A DNA stretch of 26,569 bases from Planctomycetaceae bacterium (GTDB lineage: Bacteria > Planctomycetota > Planctomycetia > Planctomycetales > Planctomycetaceae). Location of the stretch: NCBI GenBank assembly GCA_035514115.1, contig DATKBI010000089.1:1-26569 (forward strand), read 5' to 3'. Under the pieces are notes generated by a model. The model did not search any database and was not told the origin of the DNA. It saw only the letters and a program-made list of their open reading frames with translations. Below, one piece after another: positions 15,554 to 24,259 of the stretch (the first letter of the stretch is position 1; each line of letters starts with the position of its first letter). The position numbers were made by a program, and so were the translations under genes.

Positions 15554-17680
15554 ATGGTGAGTGAACAATCGCTGCTCGAGCAGATCGCCCCGCCCGATCG
15601 CGTCAAGTCCCGCAGCCACCCGACGAACTCGTCGCGGCTGCTCCAGGGCCTGATGTCGCTGTCGCGGCGCGCTGAAGCGGCCAACGACCGCGACAGCGAG
15701 GGTCCGCACTCCCTCGCCGGTGCGATCTCGCGCAGCGTGCTCCGCAGCCTGCTCGCGGCGCTTCAATTCCGCGACGTCAGCACCGTCGAACACGCCCGCC
15801 GCACGGCCCTGCTGGCCAGCGGCGTCGCCCAGCGGCTCCGCTGGGACCACCGCGAGATCAAACGGCTCGAAGCGGCGGCGCTCCTGCACGACATCGGCAA
15901 GATCGGCGTCCCTGACAATATCCTCTTCAAGCCCGGCCCGCTCAGCACCGACGAGGCCGAGTTGATGGCCCTCCACCACCACACGGGCATCGACGTGCTC
16001 CAGGCCTGCCACGTCGATTCCGAAGTCCTGGAGATCATCCACCAGGCGCACCGCTTCTATGACGGCGTCGGCGACGTGTTCCGCGGCACCGGCCAGAGCG
16101 TCCACCTCGGCGCCCGCATCCTGGCCGTGGCCGACGCCTACGACTCGCTCAGCAACGACCAGGTCTATCGCCGCGCCAAGTCGCACCGCCAGGTCATGGA
16201 GATCCTCACCGAGGCCTCCGGAACGCGCTTCGACGGCAACGTCGTGGCCACCCTGGGCCGCTGGCTGGAAATCGAGGGCCTGCCCCACGGTCCGGGCGGT
16301 CACGAGCCGGAGGCGTACATCGGGCCGGACGACGCCGCCGAAGCCGGACAGCTCTGCCATATCTTTTCCTACCTGTACGTTCTCGAAAGCCTCTACGACG
16401 GCTTCTACCTGGTCGACAGCGACCTGCGGTTCATCGTCTGGAACCAGTCGGTCGAGTCGCTCCTGGGCCGGCCCGCGTCGGACATGCGGGGACAGGCCTG
16501 GACGAGCCGGCTGCTGGGGCTGGCCGACCGCAACGACCGCCAGCTCCCCGACGACCGTTGCCCGCTCAAGCGGGTGATCGCCGACGGCCGGCCGACCACG
16601 TCCATCCTCAAGCTCCAGCACGCCGACGGCCACTGGGTCGAGGTCGAGGCGCAGTCGATGCCGCTGCTGGACGGCGACGGCCGCTTGCAGGGCGTGGCCG
16701 AGATTCTTCGCGACGTCAACCGCACGACCCGCCGGCCCCACGAGTTCCGCGAGCTGAAGCTCGCGGCGACCCGCGACGCCCTGACGATGCTCGCCAATCG
16801 CGGCGAGCTGGAGACGCAGCTCGCCGCCCTCGTGAACGAAGCCGCCCGGCGGACCGACGCCGAGCCGTTCAGCGTAATCTTCGCCGATCTCGACTTCTTC
16901 AAGACCATCAACGACAGCTACGGACACACGACGGGCGACCGCGTGCTGGTCGAAGCCGCCCGGCTGTTTCAGAAGGAGACGTACTCCGGCGAGCTGGTCT
17001 GCCGCTACGGCGGCGAAGAGTTCGTGATCCTCTGCCCGACCACCCGGCTCGAAGACGCGCAGCGCCGGGCCGAGCGGCTGCGGGTCGTGCTGTCCCGCTC
17101 GTCGCTGGGCGGGCTGAAGGACTTCAAGGTCACCGCGTCGTTCGGCGTGGCGGAGATCGAGCCCGGAGACTCCGTCGAGAGCGTTCTCCGCCGGGCGGAC
17201 AAGGCGCTGTACATGGCCAAGCAGAACGGACGCAACCGCACGTGCACGCTGACGACGGCGGACGTCGCCGCGGGAAAAGCCGATGAGGCCCCCGGCGACG
17301 AGAACCCGAACCCCTTCGAGTTCCACGCCACGCTGCGCGTCTGCCTCGCGGCCGACATGATCGTGTACAAGCTGGGCGGCTTTGTCAGCGATCAGAAGGC
17401 GCGCCTGGTCTCGGTCACGCCGACGCGGGCCATCGTCCGCGTGGGCAGCGCCGGCCTGCTGCCGTTCTGGGGCGCGGCCGCCGAACGCCAGCCCGTCGAA
17501 GTCACGATGACCTTCGACCAGCACGAAGCCCCCACCTCTCCCGGACGCGCCGTCGTCTCCAACACCGTCAAAATGAACGTCCGCGTCCGCCCCCGCGGCT
17601 GGGTCCGAAAGCCCGACGTGTTCGGCGCCCGCGCCCGGCACGTCGTCAAGGAGCTCCGGTCGTACTTCGTGGCCGACTGA
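15554..17680 (+). CDS. multidomain c-di-GMP signalling protein with an HD domain, a PAS domain, a GGDEF (GGEEF) diguanylate cyclase and an unknown C-terminal domain
   Basis: The HD motif is AALLHDIGKIGVPD, with no GYP. The PAS motif is FYLVDSDLRFIVWNQSVESLLG. The GGDEF region shows FADLDFFKTINDSYGHTTGD and the active site RYGGEEF. The last roughly 130 aa match nothing I recognise. Confidence 0.88.
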   Translation: MVSEQSLLEQIAPPDRVKSRSHPTNSSRLLQGLMSLSRRAEAANDRDSEGPHSLAGAISRSVLRSLLAALQFRDVSTVEHARRTALLASGVAQRLRWDHREIKRLEAAALLHDIGKIGVPDNILFKPGPLSTDEAELMALHHHTGIDVLQACHVDSEVLEIIHQAHRFYDGVGDVFRGTGQSVHLGARILAVADAYDSLSNDQVYRRAKSHRQVMEILTEASGTRFDGNVVATLGRWLEIEGLPHGPGGHEPEAYIGPDDAAEAGQLCHIFSYLYVLESLYDGFYLVDSDLRFIVWNQSVESLLGRPASDMRGQAWTSRLLGLADRNDRQLPDDRCPLKRVIADGRPTTSILKLQHADGHWVEVEAQSMPLLDGDGRLQGVAEILRDVNRTTRRPHEFRELKLAATRDALTMLANRGELETQLAALVNEAARRTDAEPFSVIFADLDFFKTINDSYGHTTGDRVLVEAARLFQKETYSGELVCRYGGEEFVILCPTTRLEDAQRRAERLRVVLSRSSLGGLKDFKVTASFGVAEIEPGDSVESVLRRADKALYMAKQNGRNRTCTLTTADVAAGKADEAPGDENPNPFEFHATLRVCLAADMIVYKLGGFVSDQKARLVSVTPTRAIVRVGSAGLLPFWGAAAERQPVEVTMTFDQHEAPTSPGRAVVSNTVKMNVRVRPRGWVRKPDVFGARARHVVKELRSYFVAD

Positions 17681-17686
17681 CCTCCG

Positions 17687-17714
17687 TTGACTCGTCCCGC
17701 CCGCCTGCTAGAAT
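17687..17714 (+). promoter_or_regulatory. sigma70-type promoter TTGACT-16-TAGAAT for tRNA-Pro
   Basis: The -35 TTGACT is at 17687-17692 and the -10 TAGAAT at 17709-17714 with a 16-nt spacer. The predicted transcription start lies a few nt before the tRNA 5' end at 17727. Confidence 0.5.
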
Positions 17715-17726
17715 GCAGCGCAACAT

Positions 17727-17800
<74 letters not shown>

Positions 17801-17813
17801 CTTGAAATCAAGA

Positions 17814-17855
17814 ACAGCTCGCTGCATTCATTTGCAGCGAGCTGTTTCTCGTTTT
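17814..17855 (+). terminator. Rho-independent terminator after tRNA-Pro
   Basis: A perfect 13-bp stem (ACAGCTCGCTGCA paired with TGCAGCGAGCTGT) encloses the loop TTCATT. It is followed by TTCTCGTTTT. Confidence 0.7.
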
Positions 17856-17908
17856 CGGACAATAGTTGACAACGGAAGACGGGCATCTGGAAATCCGGTT
17901 CAAACGCC

Positions 17909-18709
17909 TTGCCTGAGCAATACCACCTCAACCTTCCTGCCGATGTCGTCGCTTGGTTCGACGGCGAACTCTGGAAGGAATGTTCGGAGACGGGCTTCGG
18001 CCAGCCCATGGAACCGGCACAGCTGCTTGACTCCAACTCGTCAGCGCTCTGGGGCGGGCAGATGCTCCCTGACACCCTTCCCATCTTGGACAATGGCTGC
18101 GGTGACGCACTCTGTCTTCGCTTCAATTCGAATGGGACCGTGTCCGAAGTCGTTCGTTGGCTCCACGAGGGAGGAGACTGGACACCGTTTGGGACGAGCC
18201 TGTGCGAGGCGCTGCTGTTAGACGCCGCGATAACCCTGATGGAAGAACCGCCGGGCGGCATGGAAGATCGAGTGGAGGACATCGGATACGCCGATTGGGC
18301 GCTCAAGTGGTTGGAAGGCGTAAGTCAACAGTCGAGCATCCGACAGACCCTCAGCAAGGAGCACGCACTTCCAGTCATGGGGCTCCTGGAGGCCAATGTT
18401 GCGGAAGCTGCTGTGCGCCGCATGCTTTGCCAACACTGTTGCACAAGCGGGCTGCAAAGGTTTTGCCACGCGTCCGGCGGCAACCTGCTGGCCACGAAAC
18501 TCGGCGTCCCATGGCCGGTTTTCTCGCAGTGGTTGTTCGATACGGCGCTGATTCCCAAAGAAATGGAAACAAAACTTGCGAAGGCGACAGGGATGTCCTT
18601 TGACGATCTATCGCGGCAGGACTGGGGCGGCGCGGTGGCTCAGGCTGAAAGAGTCGCTGCCTTGCGGACTGACCTGAGTTGGCCGTTCGCCGTGTTAGCA
18701 GCCCGTTGA
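17909..18709 (+). CDS. SUKH-1 (SMI1/KNR4) family protein of the polymorphic-toxin immunity type, with no toxin gene beside it
   Basis: The segment LPILDNGCGDALCLRFNSNGTVSEVVRWLHEGGDW matches the SMI1/KNR4 core pattern G.G..LCLd...g.V..WdHE. It sits in a lower-GC (about 57%) islet directly after tRNA-Pro. The start is uncertain: the track uses TTG at 17909 and the first ATG is at 18008. Confidence 0.5.
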   Translation: MPEQYHLNLPADVVAWFDGELWKECSETGFGQPMEPAQLLDSNSSALWGGQMLPDTLPILDNGCGDALCLRFNSNGTVSEVVRWLHEGGDWTPFGTSLCEALLLDAAITLMEEPPGGMEDRVEDIGYADWALKWLEGVSQQSSIRQTLSKEHALPVMGLLEANVAEAAVRRMLCQHCCTSGLQRFCHASGGNLLATKLGVPWPVFSQWLFDTALIPKEMETKLAKATGMSFDDLSRQDWGGAVAQAERVAALRTDLSWPFAVLAAR

Positions 18710-18789
18710 ATTATTCCCTTGACAGTGATGCTATCATGCCTGCCTGAGTCGCGCGAGTGCACGTGTCGGCACGGAGGCAAGACAGTCCC

Positions 18790-18921
18790 ATGGCCATGGG
18801 CAAGCGGAAACAGCGGCAGGAGTGCCTGTTTATCGGGGCGGACGACCTGCCGCGGTCGAGCGGGCATCCGTTTTACGAGAAGCTCAAGGCCACCTCGACA
18901 ACGCGCTTGCTCACCAGTTAA
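18790..18921 (+). pseudogene. remnant of an IS5/IS1182-family transposase N-terminal (DUF772-like) region, truncated after about 43 codons
   Basis: My translation is MAMGKRKQRQECLFIGADDLPRSSGHPFYEKLKATSTTRLLTS followed by a stop. The motif LF...DDLP...HPFY.KL resembles the conserved N-terminal motif of IS5-family transposases (LF..eLvP.dHplr.I). No DDE domain follows. Confidence 0.35.
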
Positions 18922-19044
18922 GAACACGCTGTCTACGGTGTCAAGCCCCCTGACGCGGCCGTGCCGTTGATCCCGGAGACCCGGCCGGCCACAATCGAGA
19001 AGCCCTGCGGAATCCACCAGCGAAACGCATGGCGCCGCCTCGCA

Positions 19045-21201
19045 ATGAGATCTCCGATGCACCGCGCGATCCTCGCTCTGCTGGTCCTGAACGCGGCCGC
19101 GTTCTCGTGTCCCGGCACGCCGCCGGACACGAAACGCCGCCCGGTCGCCGACGTCTACCATGGCGTCCGCGTCGTCGACGACTACCGCTGGCTCGAAGAC
19201 GGCAGCGATCCCGCGGTCAAGGCCTGGAGCGACGCCCAGAATGCCCGCGCCCGCGCGTTCCTCGACGGCCGGCCCCGCATCGAGGCCGTCCGCGCGCGCG
19301 TCGCCGGGATCATGTCGGCCCCCGCCGTGCACTACGGCAGCCTGGCGTACCGCGGCGGAATGCTGTTCGCAATCAAGCACGCGCCGCCGAAGCAGCAGCC
19401 ATTCCTCGTCATCGTCGATCCGCGCGACGAAACCGCACCCGACCGCGTGCTGCTCGACCCGGCCGTGCTCGATCCCCAAGGCGGCACGGCGATCGACTGG
19501 TTCGTCCCCTCGCACGACGGGCGCCATGTCGCCGTCTCACTGTCGCACGGCGGCACCGAAGCCGGCGACGTCCACATCTACGAGACGGCCAGCGGCCGGG
19601 AGGTGTTCGAGGTCATTCCGCGGGTGAACGGCGGCACGGCCGGCGGCGACCTCGCCTGGCTCCCCGACGGCTCGGGCTTCTTCTACACGCGCTATCCTCG
19701 CGGCGATGAGCGGCCGCCGGCCGACCGCGACTTCTACCAGCAGCTCTACTTTCACAGGCTGGGCACCCCGACGGACGAGGACCGCTACGAACTGGGCCGC
19801 GATTTCCCCCGCATCGCCGAGATTCAGCTCGAACTCGACGAGGACTCCGGCCGGCTGCTGGCGACCGTGCAGAACGGCGACGGCGGCGAGTTCGCCCACT
19901 ACCTGCGCGCGCCCGCGGGCGGATGGCGGCAGTTCAGCGAGTTCGCCGACAAAACGGTCCTGGCCACCTTCGGTCCCGCGGGGCACCTGTTCGTCGTCTC
20001 GCGGCAGGACGCCCCACGCGGCCGGATCCTGCGGGTGCCGATCGACACGCTGGACGTGGCCCGCGCCCGGACGATCGTGCCCGAGGGCGACGACGCGATC
20101 ATCGCGGACTTCTGGGGTCCCCCGAGCGTGCTGGCAACCGACAGCCGCCTGTACGTCCTGTATCAGCTCGGCGGCCCGTCCGAAGTCCGTGTCTTCGACC
20201 ACGAAGGACGGCCGCAGCCCGGGCCGCGCCAGCCCGAGGTCTCGTCGGCCGGCAGCCTGACGCGGCTCACGAGTGACGAGATCCTGTTCGAGGCCGAGTC
20301 GTACCTCGACCCGCCGGCGTTCTTCCGGTTTGATCCCGCCAGCGGAACAACCCGGAAAACCGCCCTGGCCACCGATTCGCCGGTCCGCTTCGACGACGCC
20401 GAGGTCGTCCGCGAGTTCGCAACCTCCGCGGACGGTACCCGCGTCCCGGTTAACATCATCCGGCGGCGGGGGCGGCGGACGGCCAACGGCGATGGCCCCC
20501 AGCCCTGCCTCGTCACCGGCTACGGCGGCTACGGCGTGAGCAATGAGCCGCGGTTCCGCGCCACCACCCGCATCCTGCTCGACCAGGGCATGATCTACGC
20601 CGTCGCCAACATCCGCGGCGGCGGCGAATACGGCGAAGACTGGCACCGGCAGGGGAACCTGACGAACAAGCAGAATGTGTTCGACGATTTCGCCGCCGTG
20701 CTGCGGCACCTGATCGACCGCGGCGACACGGCTCCCTCGAAGCTGGCGATCATCGGCGGCAGCAACGGCGGCCTGCTGATGGGCGCCACGCTCACGCAGC
20801 ACCCCGAGCTCGTGCGGTGCGTGGTCTCGTACGTCGGCATCTACGACATGCTGCGCGTCGAGCTCTCACCCAACGGCGAGTTCAACATCACCGAGTTCGG
20901 CACCGTCAAGGACCCCGATCACTTCCAGGCGCTAAACGCCTACTCGCCCTACCACAACGTCGCGGACGGCACGAAGTACCCCGCCGTGCTGTTCCTCACC
21001 GGCGAGAACGACCCGCGCGTCGATCCCATGCAGTCGCGGAAGATGGCCGCCCGCCTCCAGGCCGCCACGGCCTCATCCCATCCGATTCTGCTGCGGACCA
21101 GCTCCAGCACCGGTCACGGAGGCGACACGCCGCTGGCCGAGCGCATCGCGGAGACCACGGACGCGTACGTGTTCCTGTTCGACCAGCTCCGTCTCAAGTA
21201 G
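19045..21201 (+). CDS. prolyl oligopeptidase (S9A family serine peptidase), secreted
   Basis: It has a signal peptide MRSPMHRAILALLVLNAAAFSC. The N-terminal beta-propeller region shows YHGVRVVDDYRWLED. The catalytic nucleophile motif is GGSNGGLLMGA, and the peptidase_S9 C-terminus has the Asp/His residues. Confidence 0.9.
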   Translation: MRSPMHRAILALLVLNAAAFSCPGTPPDTKRRPVADVYHGVRVVDDYRWLEDGSDPAVKAWSDAQNARARAFLDGRPRIEAVRARVAGIMSAPAVHYGSLAYRGGMLFAIKHAPPKQQPFLVIVDPRDETAPDRVLLDPAVLDPQGGTAIDWFVPSHDGRHVAVSLSHGGTEAGDVHIYETASGREVFEVIPRVNGGTAGGDLAWLPDGSGFFYTRYPRGDERPPADRDFYQQLYFHRLGTPTDEDRYELGRDFPRIAEIQLELDEDSGRLLATVQNGDGGEFAHYLRAPAGGWRQFSEFADKTVLATFGPAGHLFVVSRQDAPRGRILRVPIDTLDVARARTIVPEGDDAIIADFWGPPSVLATDSRLYVLYQLGGPSEVRVFDHEGRPQPGPRQPEVSSAGSLTRLTSDEILFEAESYLDPPAFFRFDPASGTTRKTALATDSPVRFDDAEVVREFATSADGTRVPVNIIRRRGRRTANGDGPQPCLVTGYGGYGVSNEPRFRATTRILLDQGMIYAVANIRGGGEYGEDWHRQGNLTNKQNVFDDFAAVLRHLIDRGDTAPSKLAIIGGSNGGLLMGATLTQHPELVRCVVSYVGIYDMLRVELSPNGEFNITEFGTVKDPDHFQALNAYSPYHNVADGTKYPAVLFLTGENDPRVDPMQSRKMAARLQAATASSHPILLRTSSSTGHGGDTPLAERIAETTDAYVFLFDQLRLK

Positions 21202-21408
21202 CTCCGGTCCTACAGCGAACGCCTCGACGATAACCCGTCCCCCCGCAGATTCCACGCCCCACAGCCTTTTCGCCACCGCCCGCCCCTGCCAGAATAAACG
21301 GCACGACCCGCCGGATTCCCGTGATCCGCTGGCCGTCCCGTCGCGTTCTCCCGTGGCGCAGCGCATTCGCGCAGCATATTTGCCACGTGTCGCCGGAGTG
21401 AAACGTCC

Positions 21409-22080
21409 ATGCAGGAGTTCATTGACGCCTGTTTCAGGGGACCGACGCTGCCGGCGAGCATCCTGCTGATCGTCGCCTGCGTGTACTGGGTGTTCGCGCT
21501 GCTCGGGGCCCTGGACCTCGATCTGTTCGACCTCGATCTGGACGTGGACGTCGATGCGGACGCGCCCGGCCATTCGCCGGCCGACATCGGCTTCGTCGCC
21601 CTGCGGTTCCTGAACCTGGGGCGGGTGCCGCTGATGATCTGGGCGAGCGTGTTTGCCCTGGCGTTCTGGTCGGCTTCGATGCTGATTGACGCGACTCGCA
21701 CCTACGCGGGCGGCGGCGAGATCGCGCTGGCGATCGCCCGCAACCTTGGACTGGCCCTCGTGGCGGCCAAGCTGCTGACGCAGCCGCTGCGGGGCAAGTT
21801 CGACGTCCACGAGCCGAACCCCGCCGAGGACTTGATCGGACGGACGTGTGTGATTACCACCACCGAGGCGACGGACCGCTTCGGCTGGGCGCAACTCGAA
21901 ACCGGCGCCTCGCCGCTGGCCCTCAGCGTGCGGGCGACCGACGGAAACCTGTCGAAAGGCGACGTGGCCGAGATCTGCGGCTACGACGCCGAACAACGAA
22001 TCTACCTGGTGAAGGCCGCCGGAAACGTCGAAGCCCGAATGACGAACGAAGCCCGAATCCCGAATGACGAAGGGCGCTGA
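21409..22080 (+). CDS. YqiJ-family (DUF1449, NfeD-like) inner-membrane protein, the usual partner of flotillin
   Basis: A TM helix is followed by an acidic DLDLFDLDLDVDVDAD linker, a second TM pair and a C-terminal NfeD-like beta region. It lies immediately upstream of a flotillin gene, as in E. coli yqiJK. Confidence 0.7.
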   Translation: MQEFIDACFRGPTLPASILLIVACVYWVFALLGALDLDLFDLDLDVDVDADAPGHSPADIGFVALRFLNLGRVPLMIWASVFALAFWSASMLIDATRTYAGGGEIALAIARNLGLALVAAKLLTQPLRGKFDVHEPNPAEDLIGRTCVITTTEATDRFGWAQLETGASPLALSVRATDGNLSKGDVAEICGYDAEQRIYLVKAAGNVEARMTNEARIPNDEGR

Positions 22081-22177
22081 GCCGCCCGGCTCGCGCCACC
22101 CGACCCCGACCCCGACCCCGGCCGCACCTTCGGGCTTCGGACTTCGTCATTCTTTCGTCATTCGAGCTTCGTCATTC
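22037..22177. repeat. array of the 10-mer GAATGACGAA (2 forward copies) and its complement TTCGTCATTC (3 copies), flanking a (CCCGAC)3 tract
   Basis: The forward copies are at 22037-22046 and 22062-22071, inside the 3' end of the yqiJ-like gene. The reverse copies are at 22143-22152, 22154-22163 and 22168-22177. (CCCGAC)3 is at about 22099-22118. Together they form a long imperfect inverted repeat just upstream of the flotillin ribosome-binding site. Confidence 0.6.
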
Positions 22178-22206
22178 GTTATTGACGAGTGTGAAAGGAA
22201 CCTCCG

Positions 22207-24246
22207 ATGCTGCTCGCTGCTGACATCCTGGGCGTCGCCGTGCCGACGTTCGTCGCCATCATCGTGGGCGTCGTGCTCGTCCTGCTGGTGATCGCCTCCT
22301 CGTTCTCCAAGTTCTACCGCAAGGTCGGCCCCGAGGAGGCGATGGTCGTCACCGGCGTCGGCGGCCTGAAGGTCGGCACCGGCACGGGCATCTGGGTGAT
22401 CCCCGTCTTCCAGCGCTTCGAGCAGATGGACCTCTCGGTCAAGCGGATCGAGATCGCCCGCCGCGGCGAAGCCGGCCTGATCTGCAAGGACAACATCCGC
22501 GCCGACATCGAGGTCGCGTTCTTCGTCCGCGTCAACAACACCAAGGAGGATATTCTCCAGGTCGCCCAGTCGCTCGGCTGCCGCCGGGCCTCCGACCCGC
22601 AGGCCCTGAACGAGCTGTTCAACGCCAAGTTCTCCGAGGCCTTGAAGACCGTCGGCAAGCACTTCGACTTCACCGAGCTGTACAACCAGCGCGAGCAGTT
22701 CAAGGAGCAGATCCTCAAAGTCATCGGCACGGACCTCAACGGCTACAAGCTCGACGACTGCGCGATCGACTATCTCGAGCAGACGCCGATCGAGAAGCTC
22801 AACCCGATGAACATCCTCGACGCCGAGGGCATCAAGAAAATCACCGAGCTGACGTCGCGCGAGAAAGTCCAGGAAAACCATTTCACCCGCGAACGCGAGA
22901 AAACCATCAAGAAGCAGGACGTCGAGGCCGCCGAGACGATTTTCGAACTCGAAAAGCAGCGCGTCGAGGCCGAGCAGAAACAGCTTCGCGAGATCGCCGC
23001 CATCACCTCCCGCGAACAGGCCGAGGCGGCGAAGGTCCAGGAAGAAGAGCGGCTCCGCTCCGAGCGGGCGCGGATCATCACCGAAGAGGAAGTCGCCGTC
23101 GCCGAAGAGAACAAGCTGCGTCAGGTCATCGTCGCGCGCAAGAGCAAAGAGCGCACCGACGCGGTCGAATCCGAGCGCGTTGAAAAGGACCGTCTGCTCG
23201 AAGTCACCGAACGCGAGCGCGTCTTCGGCCTCGCGCAGATTGAAAAGGACAAGGCCATCGAACTCCAGCGCCGCGATATCCAGGAGGTGATTCGCGAACG
23301 CGTGATTGTCGAGCGCGCCGTGGTCGAGGAACAGGAGCGGATCAAAGACACTCACGAGTTCGCCGCCGCCGATCGGCTGAAACAGGTGACCGTCACCAGG
23401 GCCGAGATGTCGGCGCAGGAATCGCTGGTCAAGGAGGTCAAGGCCGCCGAAGCGTCGCGTCAGGCCGCCGACCTGCTGGCCCAGCAGGTCGTGATCGAGG
23501 CCGAAGCGCAGCGGTCGGCCGCCGAGAAGCAGACGATCTCCAAGAAGATGCTGGCCGAGGCGCATCAGGCGGAATCGGCCGCGCCGGGTCTGGCCGAGGC
23601 GCAGGTCCTGGCGGCGCGGGCCGACGCGGTCGAGAAGCACGGCACCGCCGAGGCCGAGGTCATGCGGCTGAAGTTCACGGCGGAGGCCACCGGCATCGAG
23701 GCCAAGGCCGAGGCGATGAAGCTGTTCGACGGCGTGGGCCGCGAGCACGAGGAGTTCAAGCTGCGGCTCAACAAGGACAAGGACATCGAGATCGCGGCCA
23801 TCGAGGCGCAGCGGAACATCGCCCGCGACCAGTCGGAGATCGTCTCGGCCGCGCTCCAGAGCGCGCGGATCGATATCGTGGGCGGCGAGACGGCGTTCTT
23901 CGACAAGATCGTGGATTCGATCAAAGGCGGGAAGGCCGTGGACCGGTTCGTGCAGAGCAGCCAGGTCCTCTCGGACGTCAAGGAGACGTTCTTCGACGGC
24001 AACGGCGACCCGGACTACTTCCGCAAGCAGCTCAAGCGGTTCGTGTCGCACTTCGGGATGAATTTCGAGGACATCAAGGACCTGTCGGTCTCGGCGCTGA
24101 TCGGCCGGATGATCCTGGAGTCGTCGAGCGAGGAGACGACCAGTGACCTCACGCGGATCCTGCGGATGGTCAAGGGCGCGGGCGTGGCCGACAAGCGCGT
24201 GGCGTCGCTGGGGCTGGGGCTGGCGGAGACGGCGGACAAGAACTGA
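22207..24246 (+). CDS. flotillin-family SPFH/band-7 protein (YqiK-like)
   Basis: The N-terminal TM is VPTFVAIIVGVVLVLLVIA. The SPFH domain shows EAMVVTGVGGLKV...SVKRIEIARRGEAGLICKDNIRADIEVAFFVRV. It has a long Glu/Arg/Ala-rich coiled-coil flotillin region. It is 679 aa. Confidence 0.9.
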   Translation: MLLAADILGVAVPTFVAIIVGVVLVLLVIASSFSKFYRKVGPEEAMVVTGVGGLKVGTGTGIWVIPVFQRFEQMDLSVKRIEIARRGEAGLICKDNIRADIEVAFFVRVNNTKEDILQVAQSLGCRRASDPQALNELFNAKFSEALKTVGKHFDFTELYNQREQFKEQILKVIGTDLNGYKLDDCAIDYLEQTPIEKLNPMNILDAEGIKKITELTSREKVQENHFTREREKTIKKQDVEAAETIFELEKQRVEAEQKQLREIAAITSREQAEAAKVQEEERLRSERARIITEEEVAVAEENKLRQVIVARKSKERTDAVESERVEKDRLLEVTERERVFGLAQIEKDKAIELQRRDIQEVIRERVIVERAVVEEQERIKDTHEFAAADRLKQVTVTRAEMSAQESLVKEVKAAEASRQAADLLAQQVVIEAEAQRSAAEKQTISKKMLAEAHQAESAAPGLAEAQVLAARADAVEKHGTAEAEVMRLKFTAEATGIEAKAEAMKLFDGVGREHEEFKLRLNKDKDIEIAAIEAQRNIARDQSEIVSAALQSARIDIVGGETAFFDKIVDSIKGGKAVDRFVQSSQVLSDVKETFFDGNGDPDYFRKQLKRFVSHFGMNFEDIKDLSVSALIGRMILESSSEETTSDLTRILRMVKGAGVADKRVASLGLGLAETADKN

Positions 24247-24259
24247 TCGTGTCGGAACA

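Noticed and set aside
15515-17641. 708-aa minus-strand ORF mirroring the HD-PAS-GGDEF gene
   Set aside because: The plus strand has intact HD and GGEEF motifs. The minus-strand product is Gly/Ala/Arg/Val low-complexity, so it is an antisense artefact.
18718-18740. TTGACA followed by TATCAT near 18718 as a promoter for the transposase remnant
   Set aside because: The spacer is only about 7 nt, which is incompatible with sigma70 geometry.
18719-18970. 83-aa plus-strand ORF from the track near the transposase remnant
   Set aside because: It is in a different frame from the IS5-like N-terminal motif (LFIGADDLPRSSGHPFYEKL), Cys/Arg-rich and without features. I preferred the motif-bearing short frame, itself only a low-confidence pseudogene.
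22099-22118. (CCCGAC)3 tract considered as CRISPR or coding repeat
   Set aside because: It has only three 6-nt units, no spacers and no cas genes, and it sits outside the yqiJ-like ORF after the TGA at 22078-22080. I report it as a microsatellite within the regulatory repeat region.
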